The notes beneath the pieces are model-generated. The model did not search any database. It saw only the letters and a program-made list of their open reading frames with translations, and had not been told where the DNA came from. DNA of 63,789 nucleotides, the filler included, from Choristocarpus tenellus KU-1152 (taxonomy: Eukaryota > Protista > Phaeophyceae): NCBI GenBank assembly GCA_964200185.2. It is 12 parts of 12 records of this genome, joined end to end, with 100 filler letters (N's around TTAATTAATTAA, not from the genome) between each part and the next. Parts side by side here need not be neighbours in the genome. Positions count along the whole stretch, not along the records: positions 33,347 to 37,925 come from CAXNAD020013928.1; positions 38,026 to 40,561 come from CAXNAD020026967.1; positions 40,662 to 44,695 come from CAXNAD020016570.1; positions 44,796 to 51,916 come from CAXNAD020006659.1; 8 more parts are not named here. The stretch is one strand, 5' to 3'. The translations under genes were made by a program, and so were the position numbers. This document shows, piece by piece, positions 37,484 to 50,594 of this stretch. Positions within the stretch are counted from its first letter, which is position 1; every line of letters begins with the position of its first letter.

Positions 37484-38059
37484 AAGTAAGGGAGAAGGGT
37501 TACTAGATAAGTGGGGGGGAGGTTTGGAGTGATAGGTAGCCAGGTTGGGATGGGGATGGAGCCCTGAACATATGAATTTGGTTAGTGATTGAAGTTCATT
37601 TTGGGGAGAAGGTAGGGTTTACACAGATAGAGAGACTAAGACAAGTGGTACAAGAAGGGGTATCAGTAAGTGTGAGAGGGGAAGACATATTAGAAGGGAA
37701 GCTAGAGTATGGGAACAATAGCAGTGCAGTCAATCATAAAGGGGCATTGTTACGAAAGGTGGTACGAGATGTTCAAGGCAGCGCATTGGTGTTTCCCAAG
37801 AGGGCAACAATGAAGATTCCAGGGTCGTGTTTACCCCAGTCGGAACAGTCCAAGAACCGACCAAGGTTAGGATTATTCTCCAAACATTTCAGAGTAGAGG
37901 GTCAAAGTATCTGTGGGGGGAGGGGNNNNNNNNNNNNNNNNNNNNNNNNNNNNNNNNNNNNNNNNNNNNTTAATTAATTAANNNNNNNNNNNNNNNNNNN
38001 NNNNNNNNNNNNNNNNNNNNNNNNNCCCCCCACCCTCCCAGATACTTTGGGTCACTGGT

Positions 38060-40100
38060 GATCCTCTACAGTCATAACAGCCCACCATCTCAAACTTTGC
38101 ACGCCTCTCAACCTATATGAGAACTAAGCCTAGTCCAGAGGTTTCATCATGTGGGTCATCGTAGATGAGAACAGAGCCTGCAAAAGTTATGTTGCATTTA
38201 ATTCCGAACAGGGGGAGTGTATACTACAACTATTTCACTATGGCTACTTGTACTGGCTCCAATGTTGCCTTGCTCCTTGCACGTTGGGTTCAGGATTAGC
38301 ACCACTAATCCCTCCATCTCCCAGTAATGTTCTGTTGGACCCACACAAGGTTTTCACCTTGATCTTGTTCTGGTTTTTTAGAGGTATACTCACATCGAAT
38401 AGCACGATCGAGAAAGAAATCTGTGGTATCCGCACCTCCTAAATGTAGCCTTAGCCGTATCCGTTGAGTTAACATATTCTTCATAGAATGTAGTTCCACT
38501 CTTCTTCAAGAAACCATTGTTGTAATGACAAATGTAATGCCTTCCTCTATAGAACTCCAACAAATTTGGTTGCAAGAGATAACATGTAATGTAAACGGAG
38601 GAACAAGAGTTGGATATCGGGATTGAGCAGAGGATACATACAAGGGAAGGGCGTTTTTACACCTCCTGGTGAGCAACACCGTACTACCCTAGTCAAGCGA
38701 GGACAGTGGGAAGGCGAAGACGCCGTAGTAGTAGTAGATGATGATATCCCGTTGGATTTTATTGCTTGTTGGAGGGATCTTCAATGTGGATGCGCTCTCC
38801 ACCCGTTTACGACTCGCACCGGGCTCTTCTATCACCCAGATGGGTTCTTTAAATCACTTGGGTGGGATTGTTAGCGCTCCGAAGTCCAGAGGCCCTGACA
38901 TGGGTCAGCACTTGCCACCGAGGGTGTTGCCAGCGATGGTGTTACCAAGGTAACATTTTTTGCCCGGACAGGCATTGACGAGAAATCGAACAAAATTGCC
39001 ACGGCATGTCCTGCAGTAAGGCTAATATGTTGGCATGACTTTGTATTTGGATTAAACTTCTGGGGGGTTGTGTGGAATAATATCAACTGTGCACTTGCAC
39101 CATTCCATTATTTCAATCATATATGGGTGATGTACATATATTGTCTTTCATGTTTCTCAACATGACCACCTGAGCTGGAATGGTGTTATTTTGACGATGT
39201 CTAGAGATGAGATTGACTTAACCCTCGTTTCAATGCATTGAAGGTCTTCCGATTCTTACCCTTTTGCACCCTCAAGCCAGGCAATGTACGGTCACATATT
39301 CGTGTTATTTTTGGGGCATACACAGTCATAACTCCCGTTTCCTTAAGCAAAACGATCCACCCTCTCCTGGTAAAAGATAAGCAATCAGGTTGCAATCAGG
39401 TTGCTTATCGAGAATGGTACCGCCTTGTATACACTTCTCGTCACCTAGGCTCCCCACACCTCGAGCATCTCTTTGACCCACTGTGTTATCGTGTACTCTC
39501 TCATGCTTTTTGCCCAGGTCGGTATCGACTCCTGCTTCCTTTGCCGCTGGAGTTTTGGCAGGCATGATCTGCGGACCATCTTTCCTTTCCTCTTTTCGTT
39601 TGTACCGGTGAGTAGTATAGCTCTGGATTTTGAGGAATAGTGTTGCAAGTTGTACAGTCATAGGAATAAAAGCATGAGATTCTTGAAGGAGGTGTTTACG
39701 CATACATCTGTGATGGCAATCAGATGGGCTGTCTCTGAGATACTGGAATTTGTCGTGTGAGAAGGTTAAGCTCAAGCCCACTGAACTGGGAAGTGAAGGG
39801 CTCGACTGATCCATCTACGTCAAGTAGCCCTTTTTCTCCAAGCACAATTGGTTGACTCTGCAAAGGATCACCTACTGTTGCCACCCATGTTCAGTGATTT
39901 ACTGGACTACATACTATATGAAACGTGTGCATTTGCTCCTTCAGCATCTGTTTATTTGGTAGGTTTTGTCTCCTAGCACGTCTGCTACCTGTGTCTTGAT
40001 ATGTTGTATATCACCGTTCTTGAGCTTCTGTGCCCATTCGAATATTGATCCTCTTCTGTTCCTCAAAAAGTATTATTTTCTAAAAACATATTCCTGGTGC
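38060..40100 (-). mobile_element. Decayed Ty1/copia pol remnant (pre-integrase, integrase, RT start)
   Basis: Fragments appear in copia order: HHRC..H (GAG-pre-integrase-like), GVMTVYAP (integrase), EPNVQGA (EP.TY..A-like), then an RT-start-like piece. Many stops. Confidence 0.45.
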
Positions 40101-40690
40101 TCCATAGAAATGGGCCTGGGCAAATACAAACCGGTGTAACTCACCTGCACTCTCCAAAGTTGAAGTAATTCTCGCCTTAAAGCAGAAGCCTTGCCCCCGG
40201 CCCCGCTGAAAAACACAACCCAAAACCCAAGGCGATTGTCTGTCTTACAGTCCTTTTAAAAAACAGACCAAGTAGTTTGTAATATTTGGCAATGTAAACC
40301 ACCCCAAACCCCCCCCCTTTCACCTTTCTTTTATACCATAGCTCCATGTGTAACCGGAATATTTATTCTAAATTCTATCCCTCCCCCTCATAGACCCCGT
40401 AAACGTATCCTCCAGAAAGTTCCTCCCTTTTCTTTGTGCTTGGGCAAAATTTGTCTTTGTGTGTGTGTGTGTGTGCACGTCTGTGCTGTATGTGTATGTG
40501 TATGTATATAAAAATATGGCGCATAGTGTTGTGAATCACTAGGGTCAAAGTATCTGGGGGGNNNNNNNNNNNNNNNNNNNNNNNNNNNNNNNNNNNNNNN
40601 NNNNNTTAATTAATTAANNNNNNNNNNNNNNNNNNNNNNNNNNNNNNNNNNNNNNNNNNNNCCTCCCCTCCCCCCCAGATGCTTTGGGTC

Positions 40691-41893
40691 ATGCGGGGTC
40701 AGGCCGTCCTGCTGTATGGAGGCGGAGGCCCCCCTCGGTTCAAGCCACAGCATTTTTTCCTTGATTGCTAGCAACAGCTGCTCTGTGTACCACTCCAGGT
40801 ACCACTCGGTGTCAAGGGTGACGTCGACCTTGTACTCCTTGCCCTTCGTGTACTGCGCTGTAGTCTGTTGCCCTTCCTTCTTGATGCAAACCTGCCAAAT
40901 CCCAATCTTGCCATCAAAATCATGGGAAGGATCCGCGCGAAACGGTGGAGATGATAATCACTTTGGGAAATGTGACTCTCGTGCTGCACCTTTGTCGAGC
41001 CCACCCTTCCCTCCCCTGGGAACATGTACACTATCTCTTGTTTGTAGATGGGTTAGAACCATGCCTCGTCGATGTGAACGGTGTTGAGGCCAGTCCTGTA
41101 CGTTTTGTGGTTGAGGGAGATCTGGTCGAGGATGAAGTCCACCCTGTTCTTCTTGTGAGAATACGAAAGGCTAGGGGCGACGCACGCACCGCTTAACCCC
41201 CATTTCTCCCATGGCTTCGAATCAGCAATGAAGCTTAGAGCTGCCAGCGGCCCACTTTGGCGAGCTTGGTGGAAAGTTGGTTGATAGTCAGTGTGCAATT
41301 ACTGGCATTCATTTCCCGGATCTTTGCCTGTTTCGTTGGCATAAGGTCCGACAGCTGTCCAGATTGTGTTCGTGATTTCAGGGAGACAGTATTCCCCCTG
41401 TCTAACTGTTTTTTGACACGCACCCACACCCGTTTAGGGTGTCTCTTTCCTACTCCAAACTCTATTGCCAATTTAGACCCTACACCCCTCGGGAGCCTCT
41501 CGTGAATCAGAGGAAGAAAGAGCCAATGCGTAACGTAGAGCAAATATGGTCTGACCTTCCTCGGTCAACTTGCAGTTCTTTCCCCGAGACGGTGGGCTTT
41601 GTGCCAGGGACGGCAGACTGTGGGGGCTTGTCATGGGGGTTGTGAGAGTGTTGTGCAGGTCCACGCTGCAGTAGGAACATTAGAAAATGATAAGAATATA
41701 CTCCATGCTGTGTTCCATTCTTTCGGAACCACTTTAGAAAAGAATTCTTCGTAGAATTATTTGAAATTTAGATTTTAAACACAAAATAATGCAAGGAACC
41801 CAACGCGAAAGTTCTTTTTGTAATCGGAATAAATCGGTAATCCCATTCCGAAGAGCTACAACTCAACGACCCAGACCTATGGGACAGAGGGAG
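40691..41893 (-). mobile_element. Decayed Tc1/mariner DNA transposon (DD39D plant/oomycete-type), truncated by a family A MITE at the contig edge
   Basis: Transposase fragments: HTH-like N-terminus, KNRVDF, TVHIDEAWF (HIDEKWF), KVQHESHI, FDGKIGIW, AIKEKM.W and IQQDG..PH. The 5' TIR TA|CTCCCTCTGTCCC lies at 41881-41895 (minus strand). Confidence 0.85.
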
Positions 41894-42224
41894 TATGAAC
41901 TGATGCGATCCGATTACATTTCCTACACGCTTTGCATGCCTTGATTAACAGGACAGAAAAAAAACATGAGTGCCTGCCACCCTGTCATAGTACCCTACTT
42001 GGAGGAAGATTACAGGTCCTCTTTCCCATCCAGCAGTCATGCGATGTCTAGGTCAAGGAGATACCCCACCCTTTTACAACAACAAGAAGAAAGGGTCTGC
42101 CACACATCATTTCGAGGGTGAGACTCTGCAGAGTACTTTGACCTGCTTCGCCGCATCAAGCACTGCCTTGAAATCAGAGCTACAACCTCTCATTTCAGAT
42201 GCCTCTTACAGGGGCATGTTTCAC

Positions 42225-44267
42225 CTGTCTCCAAGGCCGCCTTGGATCTTTGAAGGTCCTCTGCCCGCTGAGCAAGTCTCTTGATGTCTGCTTCCTTCGA
42301 GCGCAGCTGCCGTCGAAGCTGATTTATCATGTCCTGTAAGAAACGAGCATGGGGATAGCAACGTGTTGAATCAATAGTCTGACAGTGAGGGACAAGAGCA
42401 CAATCTACACTGGGTACACTGTCAAAATTGGCCCAGCAGCAGGGGCTATTGAAATGCAAAGCATGTCCCAAAAAGTAACTCACATGGAATACATTCTTTG
42501 CACACATAGGGTACTTCACGAATACAAACTCACATTCACATACTACGACTATACTTGGGATTCACCTCATGTGAATGTTTCCTCCTCCCCTTGCTCTGCC
42601 TTTGAGTGAGAGGGGCATGCATCAACATAGAGACTGAACTCTGCAAAAAAGAAAGTAAAGGCATACTCTTAAAAAAAATGTGCTCCGCAAAGGGATCTAG
42701 TGTAAAAAAAATAGACCTGGAAGCAGCAACCCGACCTGCTTCTGAGCTAGCCTCTGCACTGCATCGTCAGCTGCAGACGCCTTTCCTCTCAACATGGAAA
42801 CCTCCACTTGCAGATCAGAAGCCCGCCTCTTGGCATCCTTGGCCGCCTTATCTGCCTCTGCTTTTATTGCCCCCTCTGCTGCTCCACGCCGCAGACGGTC
42901 ATTCTCACTCCTGAGCTTCTCCACAACACGCTTCAGAGCATCAACAACACTCTCTAGATCCCTGGAGACCAAGGACAAACACATACACACGGTATGGTAT
43001 TGGGAGTAGAGTTCAGCAGGGATTGGAAAGTGATGAGGGATACACTCATGTACTTCACGGCAGTAGACCTGGACACATACCCTACAGATAGTATTTGTCA
43101 AACCATGCTCGAGTCAGTAGGTCCTTATTGGTAGTTGCCATTGGCCACAGGTCCTCATGTCCATCTCAAGGCCAACCCGAACATTGCAATCATTGCAATG
43201 TTCAAGCGGAACCATGTGTGCAATCATGTGTGCTGGTGTGTATGTGTGTGTTCCTTAACGGCTGCCTTTGTATTTACTACAGTACGTAAGATCATCAAAT
43301 TGAGTACGGTTTAGCAATGGGGGAACAGGCGGGTGGGGGAAGGGGACAGGATAACTTCACGAGATGTGTAGATTAGGGAGGGTTTCTACCAACACATGGG
43401 AGGCATCTATCTTCTGGCTAGACTTGTATATTCCTTTCACCAACAAGGGAATCCACCTCTCTCTCTTGAAGCGCCCCCCTGGTTGACGGACTCCATCTCT
43501 GCCCCCTCCCCCTCCCCCTCCGGCTGCAACTGCCTCAGCCTGCAGCTCACTAGCTCTCCTTCTCAGTCGGTCCGCCTCTGCTGCCCGGGCCTCCAGGTCA
43601 AAGCGGAGTTCCACATTTGCGGCATCCCGTTCCAGGAGCTGCAAGGCGGGACAGGTGCAGGTTCATAAGTACTCTGAAACCAACAGAAACAGACTGTGAA
43701 ACCAACAGGCAACCGAACTGTGAAGCTCGCTCTCCCAGGTCCAGCAGCATGTACCCACAGCGTTCTTGTGAGAATGAAGGAACACACTCAAAGGCACCGA
43801 AGAGAAATACATGCTTTTTCCCAGAAGGAGGGGATTGTTGGATACGATGGTCTAAGAGCACCACGTCCAGGCAACCCCCCCAAAAAACTCTGGTCGAACC
43901 ACAAACAAAGAGCCAACACATGCCGTATACCAGTACAACACCACACCATTTCCCCACCTGTTAACCTCCCCTACCCTTATCCTTCAAAAAAGTACTCGAT
44001 CCTTCCCCCCACCTTCCCCTCAGCTCCCCCCCTATAACCTACCTGACCCTCCAGCTCTCTCATGGCCGCTCTTTGAGCAGACAACTCATCGCGCGCCGCC
44101 AGCAGCTCATGAAACAAACGCTCTTCCTCCCTCAGCATGCCCGATTCCGATCCTCTTGGTCCCTCCCTGACACTGCCACTGATCTGTGCCTCTGCAGTCT
44201 TGGCCCTCCTCTCTGCCTCTTCCAACCGGGAATCATTGTCCTCAAGTTTCCTTCGCAGGGACCGCAA
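42225..44267 (-). CDS. CEP290: Centrosomal/ciliary transition-zone protein CEP290-like, four internal exons (44043-44267, 43457-43638, 42736-42961, 42225-42333)
   Basis: Phase-consistent GT-AG exons encode coiled coil. The motifs ELRFDLE...RLRRR and DLESVVDALKRVVEKLRSENDRL resemble the CEP290 C-terminal region (ELRFELEQ...; ELEKTIGLMKKVVEKVQRENEQL). Confidence 0.75.
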
Positions 44268-45229
44268 CTGTCACACAAATCAAATCCATCGATGGATAGA
44301 GCCGGTGGAGGGTCAGCTAAAGCTCAGTCAGGCCATTGGGTGGGGCGGTGTTTATGGGATGTTGATGGAGTCTGAGTTTCTTTCAAGGGGATGTCGGGCG
44401 TCAGTTCTGAACAACGCATTGGGTATGGACCTGGTGTCACAGGCATCACAGGGCTGAGGTCCCAGTTAGAGGTTACAAGTATAAATATGAGTCTGAGGGT
44501 ACAGTGTAGGTCCCGGGTCTAGGTCTGAGGTTGCACTTGTGGCAGGTTCAGGTACTGATCTGTTTGCTGGACTTGAGGATATAACTTTGAATCATTTTGT
44601 ACAAGGAAGACAGAAAACATGGAGGGATGGCAAGCAACAAAATGTGTGCGTGTTGGAGGAGGATGGGGGGGGGGGGGGGGGGGAAGGAAGAAAAANNNNN
44701 NNNNNNNNNNNNNNNNNNNNNNNNNNNNNNNNNNNNNNNTTAATTAATTAANNNNNNNNNNNNNNNNNNNNNNNNNNNNNNNNNNNNNNNNNNNNCGCCT
44801 TCCTCAATTTTGAGGATCCCCTGTTACCTGGAAATAATAGAAAACCACACCCAAATTGGGGACTGGCGAACCTATGGGAATGTTTATTGGACTGGATGGG
44901 CAGCATGAAACTAACCGCAGTCCCAAGTGCCAGGTTCCTTATTAACGTCTGACAACATGCAACGGTATCAGTTATCTCAACCTGAACGCCCAGACCAAAA
45001 CCACTATGAGAAGAAGCGCTTGCGGCCAGTAAACAACATGTCGTTGGGTAGGCTGCTCTTTGCCAATTGGTCTTCTCAAAGAGTATGGGAATGAGAACCT
45101 CTCCGAAAAACTATGGATACCGTGATTGAAATGGCCCACAGCTCTACACAACACTAGTCCATTTGCCAGGATGGCATTTGCCTATGTGGTTGATGCTCTT
45201 ATGATCCCGCCGCTCTTGTGGTTATTTGA

Positions 45230-45491
45230 GAGTCAAATTATCTTAGAGGGTAGAGCCGCGTCCGTTTGGGGGTCAAAATCCAATGTTGCGATTTTGATGT
45301 AATTTCGACTATAGTTTTTTTTTGGAAGGGTCAATATCCTTGTTCAGGACACACCTTTTCGTAACATACACATTTTATCTACTCCAAAACATTTCGGAGT
45401 AGGCCAAATGTCATTAAAAAAAAAACGTGGGAAACCAAGCCCGTAACGGAAAAGCAGGGCAAAACTCGTACCCTCTAAGATACTTTCACTC
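45230..45491. mobile_element. MITE family B, complete, TSD TGA
   Basis: TGA|GAGTCAAATTATCTTAGAGGGTA ... TACCCTCTAAGATACTTTCACTC|TGA. Confidence 0.9.
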
Positions 45492-46180
45492 TGACTCGTT
45501 TAGTTGTGTTTTCCTTTACCGTATGGATTTCTGTGTCAAATGACACCTCTTGTCTGGAATGCCTCCATAAGCAGGAATCTTATGTGGTCAAGGTAGTGGT
45601 CACTCACTTTAATCAGGAATATATGTATTAATTCGATAGTGAATTGTGTTCTCTTTCATTATCAACTTCAATTCCACAGCTCGTGACAATATATCCATCT
45701 CAACTGCAAGGGATAGGTGGAAAGGGGAGTAATGTGTATCTGTTGCTCCTTCGACTGCATGCATCAAGTTTAGTCGGTGCAGAATGGGTTGGCAATCTTC
45801 CACCAATGCAAATTCATATCAGTGTGCCTTCTTGTTCTTCTCTTTAGTTGAGTGATCGTTAAATACCGTTATTGTTGTACCACACTGTGTATTTCATCAT
45901 GTGTATTGCTTAGGGGGTGGAGGCCACCATATCCACTTACATTACTCACATATTGAGGTGTGGCATTCTGTATCTAAGCTCATTTCTCCTCGTTGTCAAT
46001 TGCATCTCTGGATGATGAAGAAGGGAACCCCAGTTACAAACACCTCTTTGTCTCTTGCATTCTTGACCCAAACTATTGTTCTAATAGGAAATTGTTACTT
46101 CCATTAAAACATAAGAGTATTAGTCTGTATGTAATACAGGCTCTCATCTATCTGTGTAATAGTTTTCCAAGACCTAAATA

Positions 46181-46297
46181 AGGAAAAGTGCGTTTACATT
46201 ATCCATCAGACGTATGCAACAAAATCACCCAAAAATCGCGACATGAAAAAAATGCCCCCAAATGGACAGCCGCCACCCCCCCCAGATACTTTGAGTC
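46181..46297. mobile_element. MITE family A, 5'-truncated
   Basis: AGGAAAAGTGCGTTTACATTATCCATC...CCAAATGGACAGCCGCCACCCCCCCCAGATACTTTGAGTC. Confidence 0.8.
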
Positions 46298-48878
46298 TCC
46301 ATAAACATCTTCTAAGGTAGTAGGCAGAGACAAAGTTGAAGGTCACCTTTCTGGAGGGGTTTAAGGGTAAGGTTTGGGACCACTACAAGTATAGGTAAGC
46401 GCGTGATATGTTATCTACGGCAAATACTGCTGAACTGTGGTGAAAGCAACAACCCCTCATCCACATGCTGCTGGCGTGTGTTGCCCTCACTTAAAACCTC
46501 ACTCGCATAAATGTATTTCTGTCTCATTTATTTATTATCCACAAGAGAATTAGCAATGCCTATGGTGCGTACACAGGAATTCTTGCATTGCCAGAGGAGG
46601 GGCCACCTTATTAATTACCCAGAACTGCAATTCCACATCCACTTTGTTTTGGCGCAGTCTATGATGGCTGATCACCTATGAGGCGCTCATTTAGAAAAAA
46701 TAAACTGTGCAATTGCTCCAACCCACCCAGCTTCCAGGTGAATTTCTTCATGCAGACACAAAGGGATGACTTGTTCTATTTTGATTGCAGTTCAATATCC
46801 TATCTCTACTCACGATACAATCAAGTTTGAATATTAATCAAAGCCCGCAAAAGAATCCAACTCCCATGTTTGCAACGAATTTAAACAAGAATGAAGGCCC
46901 ATATACTTCGAAGTGTGTTAACTTACGGACTGCTGCACAACGATTAACAATAAAACCCCCGTATAATTTTTTAGTGTTCTATTTAGTTCCTGCAACGATC
47001 AGAGCCCAATGCTCATAATGCAGGATCTTTCGGCTTTAGAGCAGTTTTTTTAGATGCCTAGCTGTCAACAAAATATATGTTGTTCCTATTCCAAAACAAA
47101 TCTATGTTCAAAAAGGCAACTCAAGTATCAAATTTCCAAAAAAATCATCGTTCAGGGATGAAAAGATCTGTTCCAGTTCTTACAAAACTCTTCCTCAAAT
47201 GAATTCATTGTTCACTCTACAACATAGACGTTTTAACTAGAAAAAAAATGCTTGTTCACTGTTCTCGTATTGTGTGCTTCTAGGTCCCTCCGACTTCCCT
47301 TTGGAAATAATTGACACACACGCGTGCGCAATGCCTCATAAACCTAACATACCACCACTAAACCGAAACCCACAAGGTGTGAAGTCCTGTCTGTTTGCGT
47401 CTCTTGCCCCTCCTCCAGGACAACTGAGATTGTCTTAACTTCCTAAGCCTGCGGCTGCTACTGCAGATGCAGTAAGGTTCCGCTCAGATCCTGGGCAGGG
47501 TTGGGCAAGGTTAGATCACATCTTGGCGAGGCGGACCAAAAATGTTCCAATTCTAAGGTTATGTTCGGTACTAGGCTTCGACAGGATCAGGTTAGAGTCT
47601 GGTTGCTACGTGGTCAAAATGATAGGAGGGTTCTTGTTTTGAACAAGTCTCCAGGAGGACATTATCCCAACGCTACAGCTCCAAAAGCATGCTTGTCACC
47701 CTTGACGATCAACACATGAAGGCTGAACTTGTTTGGTATAAAATGTTCATTGCCACTTTCAAGGTATCCAACGATCTGATTGTTCATGTAAGGGGGCAGA
47801 TGGCATGGAGTGCTTCAGTTCCACATCAAATGAAGCATAGTGTCTTCTTGTCTAGGGTTGTCAGTATGATCTTCTCTTTAAGTGAAGATTTCCACAGTCC
47901 ACAAACCTCGCAAAATATTCGGTCTGATTGTTTTAGCATTTAAGAATCTGTCTTCTCTCATGCTCTTTTACGTGTATGTATTGATTGTGCATGACTTCAA
48001 CGGCCCAGTGATGTTCCCATTCTGTTTCGTTCCATGAACACAAGAAACCCCGAGAGTACATGGGAGACGCACAAGGACTCTGATGTTGGATTTCTACGCT
48101 TGGCATGTTAACCTAACAGGGCAGAAGCCCAATCAAAATAAAAAACATTTCTGAGTGCGTGCAAAGGTGTTCCACGCAGGCAAGAACTTTGTATGGGTAT
48201 TGTAGCGCCCTCTGCAGAAACTACTAGCACTTGAGCTGCTATCCATAGCACTACTACTAAAACAACGGCGAATACTCTAATCTATCCGTAAATAACGAAT
48301 GGATAAGATCCCTATAGTGGCATGCTGCACACGTTTATATTTCTTTCCTCGCTCTTATCATTGTGTACTCTTCCATACATCATATGTCTGTGCTTCTTTG
48401 CTTGCGGATCTCTAGCAAAAACAAGGTCGTTGTTGTGAGTATGCCGTATTCCGCATATCCTATCAATGGACACAAGAAAACTGAAGTCATACCATATTCA
48501 AAATCTAGGCAAAGTTGCTTTTTCTTCAGCAAGTATCTATTACATGCATTTCCTGAAATTAAAACTCAGCCAAATAAGGATGTGTGTAGTTCATGTTCTT
48601 GCACGTCGCGTTTCTCTACATACATTCGTCAAACTAGTTGGCAACTGGATTTATAACCAGGATAGTACTGAAAAATATAACCAACCACAGCTCTTCTCGC
48701 GTACGCTTCACATTTTCAACTCTTTGATGACGGAATCTAATTGTTGCGTACTGCCTCTGGTTACATGAAACGGACCGACCTTCGTTTACTGGTGCTTCTA
48801 CATTTATCTGAAAATTCTTCAAATCGTCTCAACTGACATAAACCCTCACATCGTACATACTATACTACCATTGACCTA

Positions 48879-49139
48879 GAGTCAAAGCATCTTAGAGGGT
48901 AGGGCCTCGTCCATTTGGGATTAAAATCCAATGTTGTGATTTTGATGTAATTTTGGCTATCGTGTTGTTGGGAAGTGTCAATATCCTTGTTCCAGACAGA
49001 CCTTTTCATGACTTACACATTTTACCTACTCCGAAACATTTTGGAGTAGGAAAATGTCAAAAAAATACGCCACGGGAAGTCAAGCCCCAAATAATGGACT
49101 AACAGGGCAAAACTCGTACCCTCTAAGATACTCTCAGTC
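48879..49139. mobile_element. MITE family B, complete, TSD CTA
   Basis: CTA|GAGTCAAAGCATCTTAGAGGGTA ... TACCCTCTAAGATACTCTCAGTC|CTA. Confidence 0.9.
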
Positions 49140-49939
49140 CTAGTTGTAGGTACGATCTTTGCTTCTAACTGCTTACAGTAGAAGGTACCCAGCCTCCATT
49201 TACCAACCTTGGATCTTAACCATACAAGATTCACCAATTCCAACACCCAATGCGAGCTACATTTCCATATCTTGATTAATCTTAATTTCCTTGGCCTTCA
49301 TGAGTGGAAAAAAACCAAGCCTTCTTCAAAAATCTTTTCTCATCCCATCCACTCTCATCCGTCGCATATCACACTTTTCTGTCCTTATCCAACACAACTG
49401 TCTATTCATTCTTCGATCTTTACAAAGCACAAAGCACAGGGTGCACAACTTGGACAACTTGCATATTGTATCTAAGTACTCCAACACACTGCACCTAAAC
49501 GTACACACAAAATACAAAAAATATATAGCGCCCCCCCCCCCCTCTCTTGTGCCATAACGTTCTTTTTTTTGTTGTTGGTGGTCCTTCTTTGCGTTTAATA
49601 CGATTCTTCCTTTCCTTAGCATTACCTTAGATTGTTGTTGTAGCTGCAAACGTGAGTTTGGGATTTTGGTGGCCTGTGAGTGAGTAGGCCAGTCTAGGTG
49701 AGGGGGTGTTCTTGGTTGTTTTTATTGTTGTTATAGTGTGATGAGTGTCTTTTTTTGACATATATTGTATTGACACAACCAACAGCGAGTGTTTTGAAAT
49801 TTTGTATATCTTGAACAGTGCATGCACTCAGTACTACTAGTAGTTACACTCCAATATATCTTCCGTACGTCTTTACTCGTTATTTCTCTTGTGCTCCGTG
49901 CTCCATCCCTTTCTATACAACAATGACAGCAGCAGCATT

Positions 49940-50191
49940 GAGTCAAACCAATCGAGATGTAGGCAGGCTTGGACCCTTTTGCATCCTAAGTCATATTTCT
50001 TACCTTGTGCAATGCACCCAATTTATTGCTTCAATATACACAATAGTCTATGCAAGATTGATATTTTCCTTTTCCACCCACACAGTGACACCACAATTCA
50101 GCAAGGGGTCTTTCTGGAAAAAGGAGTATTTTGCCCTTTCTTGGGATCCGTAAAATATGCAACCCTGCCTACCTCTTAGTTGGTTCAACTC
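49940..50191. mobile_element. MITE family C, complete
   Basis: GAGTCAAACCAATCGAGATGTAGGCAGG ... CCTGCCTACCTCTTAGTTGGTTCAACTC, with flanks ATT/ACT. Confidence 0.8.
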
Positions 50192-50337
50192 ACTGCTGTT
50201 CTGATATTGATTTTACTCAATTCACAGTATTATTACAGTCGATGTTGAAGAAGTAGTCAATACCACTAATACTACACGATACTTTCAAGTAATGATGAAG
50301 TGAAGATCATTGTCAAAACGGAAGTAGGAGTAACATT

Positions 50338-50594
50338 GAGCCAAACCGACTGAAAGGAAGGCAGAGTTCCACTTGAGGATCTCGAGAAAGGGGAAAAAGG
50401 TGCAACTTTGTACGATTGTAGAAAAAGCCTTTCCTGGATTATGGCATAACTTTGTGTGTGGAAAGGGGGAGTATCATTTTACGACTACTGTTGTGCGCAT
50501 AATGTAACGAAACAGAGTGTATTGTACGGGGTAAGAAAGGTGGCTTAGAGTGCGGAAGGGTCCTAACCTACCTCCCTCTCAATTGGTTTGACTT
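50338..50594. mobile_element. MITE family C, complete, opposite orientation to 49940-50191
   Basis: GAGCCAAACCGACTGAAAGGAAGGCAG ... CCTACCTCCCTCTCAATTGGTTTGACTT. Confidence 0.75.

Larger units (their letters stand above)
35650..37898 (+). mobile_element. Decayed tyrosine-recombinase (DIRS/Ngaro-like) retrotransposon: gag-like region and pre-RT region, interrupted by MITEs A and B
   Basis: EGVSVSVRG....LEYGNNSSAV....LLRKVVRDVQGSALVFPK...KIPG resembles the GNH.SA pre-RT segment of stramenopile YR elements. A gag-like ORF at 36362 has a degenerate C..KF motif. Family assignment is from recalled motif similarity only. Confidence 0.5.
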
